64,000 nucleotides of DNA from Lama glama (lineage: Eukaryota), in contig CM052817.1 in assembly GCA_028534125.1 (NCBI GenBank), positions 67,210,001 through 67,274,000 on the forward strand, written 5' to 3'. Positions 38,371-51,250 of the stretch are shown piece by piece. The translations under genes and the position numbers were made by a program. Each line of letters begins with the position of its first letter. The stretch's first letter is position 1. The notes beneath the pieces were generated by a model. It ran no database searches. It was not told the origin of the DNA and was given only the letters and a program-made list of their open reading frames with translations.

Positions 38371-38675
38371 CTCTTCAATGGTGACAACTTTCATGCTACC
38401 TTTGCCGAGCGTAATAGCACCTATTATCAGCTGATGGTGGTACAGGTACTTCAAGAGATGTACATACGTTTGTAACTTGAATTTTTGTTCATTCCTTCAC
38501 GTGGTACATACATAAGAGGCGTAGATGTACAATTTCACATCAAAGACATTGGCCACTCAGAAAACAAATCTAAAATTGGACCTTATCACTGATATATTCT
38601 AAATAACTGAATATATCCCCAACAAAAACTATTTGAATACATTTGAAGGTATAAAATATCCATTATTACTTAGAC

Positions 38676-38975
38676 CAGTTCTTCTCAAACTATCTCTTAT
38701 AAAGGACTGGTTTTTATCTCACCACCGTCATTTTGCATGGACTGGAATGAACTGGTATGAATGAATGCATGCCTATCATGTAACTTTCACCAAAAACAAA
38801 TTATCACATAATTTGCCATCAGCACAGCCTGGCTATGTCATGCTCAGTAAGATTTGTTCATATATCATATGTTTGGATATTTCTGCAATGTCAAATTATA
38901 AAAATTTCTAATCACTTTATTTCTGTACTTTAATTACCAGATACCCAAAACAGATCACACTTGAATCAGCACTGA
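38676..38975. mobile_element. hAT-Charlie element (Charlie4-like); related copy at 56080-56292
   Basis: cagttcttctcaaac…gcaatgtcaaattataaaaatttcta…cacacttgaatcagcactg termini. Confidence 0.6.
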
Positions 38976-40930
38976 TTCTGACAATTAGGTGTGAGCCCCA
39001 GCAAGGGCTGGCCAATTCTGACACCAGAAAGATGAAAGAAAATAAGTCCCCAAAATGATGAGTCCATTTATAAATACTTTTAAAAAATCCTTCTAAATGA
39101 AAAACTAAACAGCAAAATTACCACTACTTGCCAATGTTAATTTTATGGGCAAAATTTAGAAAACATAATATAGTATTAAGAAGAAATAGCATTTTAATAG
39201 ATCCCAGACATCTCTTTTAAAGCCAAAATTGTCTTTGCTTAGAATAAGACCCCATTTAGGCTTCTTTGTGCAGAAAAGTTAAGGCCCAGAAGAAATATTT
39301 ACAATATTCACCATATTCAAATATGACTCCCCACAAAAATGAAAACTGAACAGCTCTGCCTATGAAATGAACAGAAATTGGTGGTGAGTGAGAGAAGGAG
39401 GTGGGGTGGTGGGAACTTCTGGAAACATAGTAGATATCCTGAAAACTCCCAGTCTACAAAGCATAAAATACAAAACAAAACTGACTGAAATACATACTTT
39501 TAATTTTCTTAAAAGCTGGCAAATAATAAGGGAGCTTCCAGAGAAGACAAAAATGAAATGAAAGCCTGAATCCATTCGTCAAAGCAGGCGCTAAAGCTGA
39601 TGGCTTCCCTAGTGGAGCTGACCAGTTCCCTCTAATCCAGAGTCCCGGGTTTGAAGGCGCACCTGGAAAGAAGACACATGACCTTTACCCACGTACACTG
39701 AAGAGCTGGACTAAGGATTCCCATAAAAAGCCCAAGTATTTAAAGTAAAAGGATGGACCGAAAAATTGTGCACAAAGGTAGATGCAAGGGAATTGACTAG
39801 TTCAGTCTCATATTTGAGTGTGTAAAAATACTATGTCTTAGAAGTAAGAGTGTGGGTTTCAAATGCTCACAGATCACATGACCTGGAGAAGCCCATTTAA
39901 AATTTAATTTAAAATGGTCATGGATTGATGGCCCCTCAACACCAATCATGAAAATATCATCCTGGGAAGGGCACATTTAAAGCCCAGTTCTCATGGAATT
40001 CTATAAATTATGTCATGAATCATGTGAGTTCAGAATAAAAACAAAATACTAGGGGAAACAAAAATTGAGAGGGGAGAGTGAAAGGGAACTAAATTACAAA
40101 TTACGTACCTAGAGTCTGCAGAGAAAATATGTCACTGAGAAATTACCAGTGGTTCATGACCAAAGAATATTTTAAGAACAAAGATGTCTGCTATTTGATA
40201 TCAAGGAGTTTTAACTGTTATGATTATAGCCCCTTTGAAAACTTTTAACACCCTCTGCTACACACACAAATGCCTTGAGTGTGATCTCTGGTGAGAAAGT
40301 CTAGGAAAAGAGGCTTAGATCCAGATGCAGTTCACTGTTCAGTAGAGATGAGAGCAGCCATGGAGATCAATCCAAGTGAGAGAACTCAATGGGAGCAAGC
40401 ATTCAGTTTGACTCTTCTAAACCCAAGGTTCTGGATCTCTTCAAAGCTCCCCAAACCAGATTATTTTCAGTGTTAGTTTGGCATAAGTCCACTCCTTCTA
40501 TTACTTATTAGTAGACTATTTATCTTAAATTATAAGATCCACTAGGGAAAAAGTCAAAAAGGAGAGTCTGGGAGCCATGCCCAGGAACCCTCCAGCTTGA
40601 CAGTCATAAGAGACCATGCTTCTGCGACATGATGGAGGGGTTGCTTTGGCAGGATCCTTAGACTTTATATTAACATACCAAGCTTTGAAAGTTTTAAATA
40701 TGTGTGAAACGTAACATTATAACTTAATATTCTGTAATTGTAACATTGTATTCTATAACTTACAGTGATAAAATCTAAAGCCTCCATTTTATTTGATGGA
40801 TGCTAGGAAGGCAAGACTAAATCCTGCCCTTAAGGAAGGTACTTTATTGTTGTTTTTTCAATAAGTCTCATAAAGACAGAAACAAAAACAAATAACAAAA
40901 GAAAACTAGGGAAAAAACTAAGACTCCCGT

Positions 40931-41590
40931 TGTAACTATTAATTCGTAATCAGCATTTGTTCCCACATCTCCTGTCCTAATCATCCAGGCTGAGTTCTTG
41001 GATGGCTTATGTATTCTTATGGCCTGGGGCAATGGACATATAAACTAGTCTCAGACATCTTTTCTTGTCCTGATTAACCTCAGCTTCTCTCTTGGCTGAT
41101 GTAATGAAAGTTCTCTTGTCTCTTCACAGAAAAGTCATGGTCTGCCCTCCCAGAAGTTTCAGACAAGGTCCCATATTGCACTCACTCAGGTCACGCTGAT
41201 GACCTCTGGACCCCCAATCCAAATCTGTGAATCTCCAGGTCTACCTGTTGTATCCTCCACCTCCCAGCTTTGTAAATCTTTGCGTTCTTGCAAAGACTAT
41301 CCACTCTCCCGGGGGTCTTTCCAAGCAAGCAGCTCTTGGAGATCGAGTACAAAGATTGCGTTTTGTCTGGGCTTTTTTCCTTTTGTTTCCGACATCCCGA
41401 CTGCCCACTTCTCCTGGGCCTCTCTGCTCATGAGATCAATGACACTTACTTTGCCAGATAGAAGATACAGACAGCATAAACCAAAGAGGTCATTTCCAGA
41501 AAACAGTCTGAAATCTAGGAAGGACAAAGCACTTTACAGGCTAGAAGGGAGTTGCTGGATAACTATGCAGGAGACAAGACTAGCGTTACA
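40931..41590. mobile_element. LTR-like element
   Basis: 660-bp block with inverted termini TGTAAC…GTTACA; no TSD seen. Confidence 0.45.
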
Positions 41591-42489
41591 ACCCTGCTGA
41601 TGTCACTGAGGAAGGATCGAGTGCTTCCACCCCTATAAACCTAATGTCCGGGGAAGCGTGAGATGAAAGAAATCTCAAATAAGCTGAGGGGAAAAACAAA
41701 AGCAGAGGGGGCTTGTGATACTCTTTTGGTTTGGAATCCTGGGAAAAAATGCCTTTCAGATAGTCATTTGCCAAAACTGAGTGGACAGAGTAGAATAAAA
41801 ATATTAGCATAATATATTAGATAAAGAAATGTCTGAAACATACTTTACACATACCAGCTTGAGAATATCTCATAAAAATCACATGGCATTAGGCAAGGTC
41901 TAGAATTTTTAAAAAGATCTTAGGAAGGATTTGAAAGCCCCAAGAGTGCTGTGGAGAGACAGGATGGGGTGTGATTTCAAGACAAGGAAACCACAGGGTG
42001 TTTTTTCCCTGCAGATGGAGACACTGAGGGACTGAGGACACGAACAGCGAATTCCACCAAGCTCCCTCCTGCTAGGAGGAGGCTGGTGTGTGTAGTGGAG
42101 GCCAGGAAGGACATAACTGAGGCTATGGCAGAAAGAAGGAGGGCAGAGGCACCCCCAAATCCTCCGTGGAGCCTGCTCTCATCTCAGGCTTGTAGGCTTA
42201 TATGACAGGTGGGGAGCAATGAAGAAAAATGGCTGGAAGAGGGGAGAATCTTCATTGTCTGAAAGAACTTAAAAGAGGTTATTTTTTAAACTGGACCATG
42301 ATTACAGTTAAGTCTTGAATTCCTAAATATTGAACCACAGTAGGGAGTGTAATGAGCCAGTTCAGTTAAATAAATTCACACTATAGCACTTCCGTGTCCT
42401 TTTGTGTATTCAATCTTCTAATGATTTCTTTCTACAAGAGAATTTTACTTGTATTTTGTGTACCTGAAATTAAAGATGTAGTGTTGATG

Positions 42490-42831
42490 TACAAAACCTC
42501 ACATCAATCAGAATGGCCATCATTAAAAAAATCCACAAATGATAAATGCTGGACAGGGTGTGGAGAAAAAGGAACCTTCCTACACTGGTGGTGAGACTAT
42601 AGTTTGGTGCAGCCACTATGGAAAACAGTAGGGAGACTCCTTCAAAAACTAAAAATAGACTCACCCTGTGATCCAATAATTCCACTCTTGGGCATATATC
42701 CAGAGAGAACTTTAATTTGAAAAGATACATGCACCCCAATGTTCATAGCAGCACTATTTACAATAGCCAAGACATGGAAACAACCTAAATGTCCATCAAT
42801 AGATGGCTGGATAAAGAAATTGTACACACAG

Positions 42832-42871
<40 letters not shown>

Positions 42872-43363
42872 GAATACTACTTAGCCATGAAAAGAATAAA
42901 ATAATGCCATTTGCTGCAACATGAATGAACCTGGAGATTGCCATTCTAAGTGAGGTAAGCCAGAAAGAGAAAGAAAAATACTGTATGATATCACTCATAT
43001 GTGAAATCTAAGGAAAAAAAAAGACACTAATGAACTTATTTCCAAAACAGAAACAGACTCATAGACACAGAAAACAAGCTTATGGTTACCAGAGGAGAAG
43101 GAGGTGGGAAGGGATAAATTGGGAGTTTGAGATTTGCAGATACTAACTACTATATGTAAAATAGATAAACAAGCTTCTACTATATAGCACAGCGAATTAT
43201 CAATATCTTATAGTAACCTATAATGAAAAAAATACGAAAAGGAATATATGTATGTATATGTATGACTGAAATATGATGCTGTACACCAGAAATTGTTACA
43301 ACATTGTAAACTGACTATACTTCAATAATAAAATAAAATAAAATAAAATAAAATAAAATAAAA
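42490..43363 (+). mobile_element. 5'-truncated L1 with internal (CA)n and (AAAAT)n tail
   Basis: ORF 42739-42924 MFIAALFTIAKTWKQPKCPS; full 3' UTR; tail at 43325-43363. Confidence 0.95.
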
Positions 43364-44164
43364 AGTTAGAAAGTAAAAACAGAAATGTTAATGCAATTTT
43401 AATAAAAGTCTTTATAGCTAAAGTAAGGAAAAATTCTGCTATGTCCTAAAAGTTTTAAATAATTGTGCAGCTTTTAACTTCATATAGCCTATGCAGATAT
43501 GACCCAAGTAGATACTTTGACAGCCTTCACATACAAAGCGTCAACATATTCTTTAAATAATGGTTATCTGACCAAATAAGACAGTGCCATAAAAGCACTA
43601 AACTGTGATACATTGCCTTTTTTCTAGAGGTGAATAGCATCAGAGAATTCCAGCATGTTCTCTTACTATTAAATTAATGCCACATGCACTACAAAGTCTG
43701 ACCTGAACAAGAGAGACACATAACCTGTGTAAGAAATCCTTGCTCAGAAAGGGCAGAACAGAACACGAGAAATAAGAGAAATTGTCTTTTTGCCATGGAA
43801 AATTAGCCTCTGTGAGCCCTATAACATTTGCCTATGTTCCTTCCAAACAGAAAAATTCTTGAAAATTGCATCTGTCCATCATTGTCTTTGTGCCTCCTTA
43901 GGCTTGACCAGTTTGTCTGTTTTGCAGTTGAGAAGAATTTGAAATTCTTCTTGACTCTATGTGACAGAGGTTGTAGTTTATTATCATGCAAACATATACA
44001 ATAGAGGAGTAGCTGGCTGAGTTAATGCAAAATAATATGAAACAGGAAAAAGGAGAATTTAATCTTTAAATTGGTCTTTGCTTTGCTCTGTGGTTTAAAA
44101 AAATCATATCAACATACCTAATCATCTAGCAGTGTGATACTTTAATCTAGCAGAACACACCGCA

Positions 44165-44625
44165 AGGCTGCCCTGTTTAGCACATTAGTCTGTCACTAGC
44201 CACATATGACGATGAACCATTAGAAATGTGGAACATGAGACTGGTCAATGGAATTATTCATTTAAATTAATTTAAATTTAAATTTAAAGTAGAAGCAGTG
44301 TAAACTGTTTTCCCATTAAATATAATATTACTCTTTTGGTTGGACTACATTTCACTTTGAACCTTGAATCATGTAAGATATCACTGCTATATTACAGTAT
44401 GTTGGATGCTTGTGTCATTTTTAGTATCACATATAACCAGATGATTCTGGTATTACACATAAACAGATCACTTGTCTAGTTGATATGAATTGATTGGTTC
44501 AGTTCAAATGATTATTTGTAGCCACTGATGTAACATTATTAAAATAGTGAAAAAGTAATACATTTATTTTGATATGTTATGCAGACAATATAAGTTATAG
44601 TGATATTCATGTAAATATATACCAC
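44165..44625. mobile_element. hAT-Charlie fragment (MER3/MER33/Charlie1-like end)
   Basis: gctgccctgtttagcaca…cactagccacatatg…aaatgtgg…aatttaaatttaaa. Confidence 0.55.
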
Positions 44626-45000
44626 TGTATTAGATATCTATGGCTGTGTAACAAGTTACTCCAAAATTCAGTGGATTAAAACGACAGCTACTTGCTACCT
44701 CAGTGTTCCAATGGACCATACGATGTGATGTGGTTTGGCTGGGTGCCTCTGACTGTGGGTCATTCACAAAGCTTCCAGGAAAGTGTTGGTTAGTGTTGTA
44801 GTCATCTTGATTCTTGACTAAAAAAGGATTTATTTCTTCTAAGCTCACTCATATAAATATTGTCAGGTTTCAAGTCCTCAGTGACTGTTGGCTTGAGACA
44901 ACAAATCCTTGCCACGTGGGCTTTTCCATCTATAGAGAGCTTAGTTCTTTGAGAACAAGGACTCTGAGAAAAAGAGACACAGAGAGAAACAGACAGACAG
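44626..45000 (-). mobile_element. MaLR LTR (MLT1-like)
   Basis: tgtattagatatctatggctgtgtaacaagttactccaaaattcagtggattaaaac…ttgccacgtgggcttttccat. Confidence 0.8.
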
Positions 45001-45029
45001 AGACACACTGTGTACAACAGTATCAGAAT

Positions 45030-45415
45030 ATCAAATAGGAAAAATTGTGACAATAGGTTCAAAGATCTGAAAGAAATTAAGGAACACCTAAATAAACAGA
45101 GAGATGTATCATGTTGTGTGTTCAAGGACTCAATATTTTTAAGATATCAACTCTCCCTAAATTGATATATAGATTGAATGCAATACCAATTGAAATCTTC
45201 AGTGGGTTTTTCTGTGCAGCAGCTAGTTCTAAAATACATATGGAAATGCAAAGGACCTAGAATATCAAGGGCAACCTTGAAAAAAATTCAGAAGACTTTA
45301 TTATACTATATTATTATATAGGATAGTAATCAAGACAGCATGTCATTAATATACAAATAGACAAATAATACAATGGAAGCAAATACTGATTCTGGAAATA
45401 GATCTTTGCACATAT
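45030..45415 (+). mobile_element. L1 ORF2 fragment
   Basis: gaaattaaggaacacctaaataa…ctccctaaattgatatatagattgaatgcaatacc…catatggaaatgcaaaggacctagaata. Confidence 0.8.
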
Positions 45416-45422
45416 AGCAAGT

Positions 45423-45912
45423 ATGAGAAGAGAGGGACATATGGTGCCAAGACACATCCCAGAAGACAGCCTCCCAGACTGAAGGAGAAGTTGTGAAAGA
45501 GGTCCAGCGAATTATCTTACTGGCTCAGGTAGCAAGCAAGTTCTGCAGGGTAGCAAGAAGTTGAACCTGAAGATTTTTCCTGACATGGTGGCAGATAAAT
45601 TTAATAGGTCATCTGCCATAGATCTCTTGGGAGCTGCTGAATGTGGCCATCCTATCTGCTGGGAACAAGGACTGACCAGGGATCTGACTGACTAACTCCC
45701 TTAAAAAATATCCAACAAACCCCAGTAGCTACATTGAGAAGTTGTGCCTTACACTGAAATTTGATCGTACTGCCTAGTAGGACAGCACAGGGGGCCGGTG
45801 CCTGAATTTCCTCATCATGCAGTATCTCGGGCCGGGTTTGGGGGTGTGGAGGCGAGCCTAAGATGTCCCGCCCAAGAAAAGAACAGATAGTCCTTTACTT
45901 TTCTCTTCGACA
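45423..45912 (-). mobile_element. LTR-like element
   Basis: GC-richer block with TG…CA ends; family not recognised. Confidence 0.35.
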
Positions 45913-48116
45913 TGAACAAGCTTTTCAGTTACTGCGTGCATTGTTCTTGAGTCGTCCAGGTGACACACATACAACAAAACAGCAGAAGGATCTGAAAGAT
46001 AACAAGACACTTAATTGTTCCTAGGCATTAATAAGATTTAGGAATAAGAATAATTGAAAGTTAAAAGCTCATTAGTGAAACAGGAACAAAAGGAGATGTT
46101 ATATGTCTGCTGATAGTGTTTTCGCCATTAGGTCACATTGGATCAGTTTAAAGGATTTTTTTAAAAAATGGATCAGCAATGATACTATGGACTTAATTTA
46201 ATAATAATGATAAAAGTTTGGTTCCGGAATATTAGTTTTCTACATAATTCAATTAAAATTATTAAAATTCTATCAAATCATTTACTCCATAGATTAAGTC
46301 TCACATATTTTTTTTTAAAACTTCTACATTTCAGGAGTGGGCATACATTATAGAGTATAAAGTAAAAAAGATAAAAAGAGAGAGAGAGTGTAAAGTGGAT
46401 ATTAGAGACCTTTATAAAATCTTGGATTTGGTACTTTGTTAACTGAAATCACTTGGTAATAAAACGTGAGCGTTCCTCCCAGAGCAAGGCTGCAACCTCT
46501 TACGGCTTTTCCCTGACCTCCATTATTTGAAAAAATAAACTTATCCCTGTGTCCTGCCATTGAAAAAAAAAAGATATTTATGCATGAATGTGTGGTGAAA
46601 TTTAAAAAATATGCAACGACTCTTGGGAAATATACTCACTCCGTTAGAGAGAAGAAATAAGAGAGAGACTGAAAGCCAAAAACTCCCTTGCTCCTGTGAG
46701 TTGTCAGTGCACTGCAGAGTCTTAGCAATGCTCCCTACGACAATCCCTTAGCTAGTTTCTATTTTTAAAGTCCTACTATGCCTCTAAAACAATCCGGCTG
46801 CTTTATCTGTAAGAAAATTCTAATCATCTCTTTTCTACTACCTGAATATTCATGATAAGCAAGCTTTTGACTGTGTTGGTAACAATTAACATTTTCTCCA
46901 TTTTAATTTTATAAAAATTCAGTCACTATTTCCAAACAAGCAAAAGATCTTCAAAGGCAAATCATTTTTCCAGCTACTGGTTGTCATTAAATAGAGACTG
47001 TGCTGAGTAGCCTCCTTACTTTTAGCCCTGAATATTTTCATGTTGCTAGAGGATTTTCTTCCTAAAGTCCTATTTTATTCTCAGCTAAGGTGCCCAGTCA
47101 CAATTATGTGGACTGGGCACCCTTTAACCTAGGGGAATAATAACCTGCCTTTCTGGAATAAATACACTGGAATTTTTAGATAATGATAAGGTTTTAGAAT
47201 AAACTAGCAGCTAAAGGATCTGCAGACAGGTTTTGTTTGGTTCACTAGAGTTTCTTTGTATGTTAAATTTAGCCAATATTTTGAAAACAGATCATTTAAT
47301 ATGAAAATCTACCCTTCTAGTTTTTCCTCAAAAACTGAAAATCTCACAATTCTAAGTCTGAATTCCTATCTGGTACTCATTATTAGAGCTGAGAAACTGC
47401 TTTCCTCTTTACATAAGCAAAACTCTCTAGTGCGTCTGTCTTTTTTTCATGAAGCAGCATCATTCATTGTATTTTTACCTAGAAAACATGATTTTGTCAT
47501 CTCTGGAATCCACTGGATAACGGAGAATTTGAGTGCTAATAAACCATGTTCTAATTCCCCTCCTGAACTGATAACCCACTGAGAAAGAGGAAAAAATTCA
47601 AAAGCAAAAGATCAAAACATCAGCTTTAGTTTTAATAAAAACTAATTAAAAGGGTGGCGCTTTCGATGTGTGCCCAAATGTGTTTCCAAATGTTCCACCG
47701 CCATTAACCCCATCTCCCAGTTCAGACAATGGAGTGGTCCACTGGAGGCTCTAAAGAATGGATTCACACAAGGTCCTTGCCTCACATGGTCTCAGGCAGA
47801 GGGGAGAAAAGAACGCTGATCTCCAGTGTTCATGTTCTTTTTAGACTAGCTTTGTCCAAAAAAGAAACTTGGACAATGAATTTCAGACTTTTGCCAACCA
47901 CCAATTAGCAACTCATTCCTTCCTCAAAGAGTGGGGAATGGTGTGAAGAGAGGCCATGTGGAGAGGGCGCTCCATATGGAAACACCAGTCGACACTAAAA
48001 TTAGTGTTTCCTGGTAAAACAATAAGTGAGATATGAATCTTTATAAAAGGACACTCGGATAGTAGATAGTGAGTGACATAAACTTCAAGGGGCAATGGCA
48101 GTGACTTGAAAAGCTA

Positions 48117-48561
48117 GTGGCAGAGACTTCTGAATACCTATCAAATATTTTTTCCAATTCTCTAACAAATTAAAATAATTTTGATTTTAGCTGGGTGTAT
48201 TGCCACACGAGTAAGGACCAACCTTCCTTACAACTAGGTCTGATCATGTGAGTAAATTTGATCACTAAGGTGTAAGTGGATATGTGATGTGGAACTTCCA
48301 AGTTGTCTTCTTGCAAGGATGGAAGAAACATATCCCCTTTCAGCCTTTGTTTTATTTTCTATTGCTTGAAACACAGATGTAATGGCTAAAGCTTCAACAG
48401 CCATCTTGGACCAGGAAGGAATCCCAGGTCCCGATGCCCATAGGACCATGCTCTATAATCTACAGAATTATTTCACATGCAGGAGAAATATAAAGCTATC
48501 TTATTTAAGCAATCGTTACTTGAGATTCTGTTTTATGAAGCTGAACTTAAACCAGACTGGT
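48117..48561 (+). mobile_element. MaLR LTR (MLT1J/K-like)
   Basis: atgtaatggctaaagcttcaacagccatcttggacc…ctatcttatttaagc…gaagctgaacttaaacc. Confidence 0.7.
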
Positions 48562-49074
48562 AGAGTTCAGTATGAAACAAATTAGTCCAATGGGACAAAC
48601 ATGAATTGACAGGATAAAGAAGTTCTGCATCATCTCTTTTGTGTATAGTTCAAATCATAGGGTCACTTAATGTGCCTGTTAAGAAACAATTAACCAGTTA
48701 CATATTTAATATCAGGTAACAAAGTATATGCTAGAAAGCATATTACAAACCGTTATTAACTTTCCTGCCTCCAGTCTGCTGCCCCGTCCTGTTGTTTTGT
48801 CCCATTCTGTCCTCAACAAGGCATGGAGCAACCTTACCAACAAACATTCTGATCACACCACTCTTGTTTAAAATATTTAATGGCAAATCTTGTGCTTAAC
48901 TTAAAGTCAAAAGCCCTCAGTATACCATCCTTTGTGACCTGATCCTAGATGACCTCTTCAACTGCATCCCCTGCCCCTCCTTACCTCGTCTCATGCTGTA
49001 TGTCCCACACACTCTGAGCTCTGCGTGTTTGTGCATGCTCTTCTTCCCCTCAGAAATACTTCCCACTCTTACAT

Positions 49075-49460
49075 CTGTGTTGCAGGGAATGGCTAGTCAC
49101 TCCTCAATTCCATTTCCTCTTCCTTCTAGATATTTCTCAGTTCCTCATTTGCATGAAGATTAGATCATGTGACTAGTTTAGGACAAATAACTTTGATCAA
49201 AGTGATGTATACAACCTTCAGATCTAGGTGAAGACCCAGTGTCCCATCTTCCTGCCTTGCTCTTCCTGTTTGCATAGCTGGAAAGAACGATTCTAATATG
49301 AGTGAAACCACATTATTGAAAGAAACTGGATTCTTCAGGGAAGAGTTATCCTGAGGAGCCAGCAGCCCACACTGCGATGTAACATGAGAAAGAAACGCCT
49401 TTATTGTACTAAGTCACTTTATTTGTTACCACAGCACAGCCTAACCCACTTGACTAATGA
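49075..49460 (+). mobile_element. MaLR LTR (MLT1H/I-like)
   Basis: gatcatgtgactagtt…ctttattgtactaagtcact…tttgttaccacagcacagcctaac…tgactaat. Confidence 0.7.
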
Positions 49461-49477
49461 AATACACCTGATATTCT

Positions 49478-49637
49478 TTTTTTATAAGTATTTTTATTTT
49501 TTATTTATGTTTTATTTTCAGGGGGAGGCAGTTAGGTTTATTTTTATTTATTTGTTTTTCTAATGGAGGCTCTGGGGATTGAATCCAGGACCAGGCGCAT
49601 GCTAAACACGCACTCTAACACTGAGTATACCCTCCCC
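49478..49637 (-). mobile_element. tRNA-derived SINE (camelid Vic-1-like)
   Basis: Minus strand ggggagggtatactcagtgttagagtgcg…ggattcaatcccc…A-rich tail; imperfect TSD tgaaatacacctgatattct (49458-49477) / tgaaatctgcctgatattct (49638-49657). Confidence 0.85.
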
Positions 49638-49799
49638 TGAAATCTGCCTGATATTCTAAAGCTTAAATTTTTAAGCTTAGTTACAGCAGCTCTTCCTCAT
49701 GGAATCTTTTCCTTACATACCTCCAGTTTCTCAGTTTATGTTCTATCTCTTTTCTAAATATTTCTGAAACCTTCTGTGCACTTCTGTATCAATAACTAT

Positions 49800-50120
49800 A
49801 GAAAGAAAGGGTCGGAAGTGGGACTGGGCAGACGGAGAAGATATCATGTAGGCTCAATGGATGCTTTTGATGCTCAGTGACTCTTCAGAATTGTCCTGAG
49901 TAGGGCCAAAACTAACAGACTTTTAACCTCACACATCAGTCATTGGATGCAGGCTATCAAAGGAAGAAGTCTGGCCTTGGTCAAGATGATTTCCCATAGG
50001 CGAGGCAGTTCTTAAAGGGGCGGACAGCTACAGGCAGTCTGCTGACTGCACTCCCCCACGGACTGAACAAGATCGTGTTGAGGGGAGGTCGGGGTTGCAT
50101 ACCACAGCTTCCGCTACAGC
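49800..50120 (-). mobile_element. ERVL LTR (LTR33/LTR16-like)
   Basis: gggactgggcagacggagaag…cttcagaattgtcctgag…cagtcattggatgcaggct…ccacagcttccgctaca. Confidence 0.65.
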
Positions 50121-50919
50121 AGTCTTCTCTCAACTCCACAAACGTGCCATTGTCCTGGTACCACATGATCTTTGTACATATTCCAGTTTTATCCTACTTT
50201 ACACCTCGGGTGAATGATGGACTAGTATTATATAATACAGAATAGTATACTTTGCAACACACATGTAAAAGGAAACATTTAGTTCAATTACATATAATTA
50301 TAGTAAAACAGACGAATGAAATCAAATATATAAAGCAACAGTATAACTGAATTACTCTAGAGACATACAGAGAAGTTAGGCTGATTGTTTTTAAAAAATC
50401 TAGTTAAGTAAAGAAATACAGGAAATACACATCACATTTTTGGCTGCTTCTGTATCTCTACTCCCTCCTCCCACAATTTCTAACTCAGAATTTATTAAAC
50501 AATGAGCACTGAATGGAGATTAAATAACTGAGAAAGAGCTGTAAGACAAAAAGGAAAAAGGAAAAGCTAAATGATGAAAGAGATGGAAACGTTATCAAAA
50601 ATAAGAGGATAAAGAAAGCAGTCTTTTGCTAATCTCATTGTAGGCCAGCTAAATGGCAAAGACTGGAAGCTACGCTGAGTCAGATGGTACTGTATTCTTT
50701 AGGATGGATGCAGAAAGTTGGTACTGGAAGGTAGGAAACAAAATAAATTAACTTTGGAGCCAGAAAAATGTTATCATTAATAAGAATTCTTGTTATATCT
50801 ATTGAAGCAGTTCTAAACAGACTGATTGGTCTCTTTAAGATTTGCAGGTTTTTCAGGAAAACATCTTTTTGTGTTTGAATGTGCAGATTTCCTACTGTGC
50901 ATTGGAAACATGTGTGATT

Positions 50920-51250
50920 TCAAGATTCATTCAAAGATATTTTAATAAGCACCAATAGCGTCTGAGGAAGTTCTATGAACTGGAGAACTAGCACTCAAAA
51001 AAATATACCAGCCTAATAGAGCTTGTATCCTACTTTGGACAATAAGAAAATAAGTAAGAAAATAAGTGAAAAAAAACAAGTGCTAAGAAGAGACGTAAAG
51101 CCGAGAAAGGAACCTGTAGAAAAAGTGCAGTGAGCTCAGGGAAGTGCAGTGGGAGATGAGGTCAGAGGAGGCAAATGGGGTCAGACAGTAAGAAATCTTA
51201 CAAGGGTCCCAGAAAAATTTAAGCAATTTGGCTTTTATGCTAAGTGAAAC
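50920..51250 (-). mobile_element. L2 fragment
   Basis: attcattcaaagatattttaataagcacc…ggagatgaggtcagagg…tttggcttttatgctaagtgaa. Confidence 0.65.

Noticed and set aside
49560..49637. tRNA-like sequence (also 54419-54460)
   Set aside because: SINE head with A-rich tail and TSD; not a tRNA gene.
49659..49678. Short AT-rich palindrome, and small tandem duplications (11473-11493, 52084-52127, 56802-56839, 58288-58324)
   Set aside because: Expected slippage or low-complexity products with no further structure.
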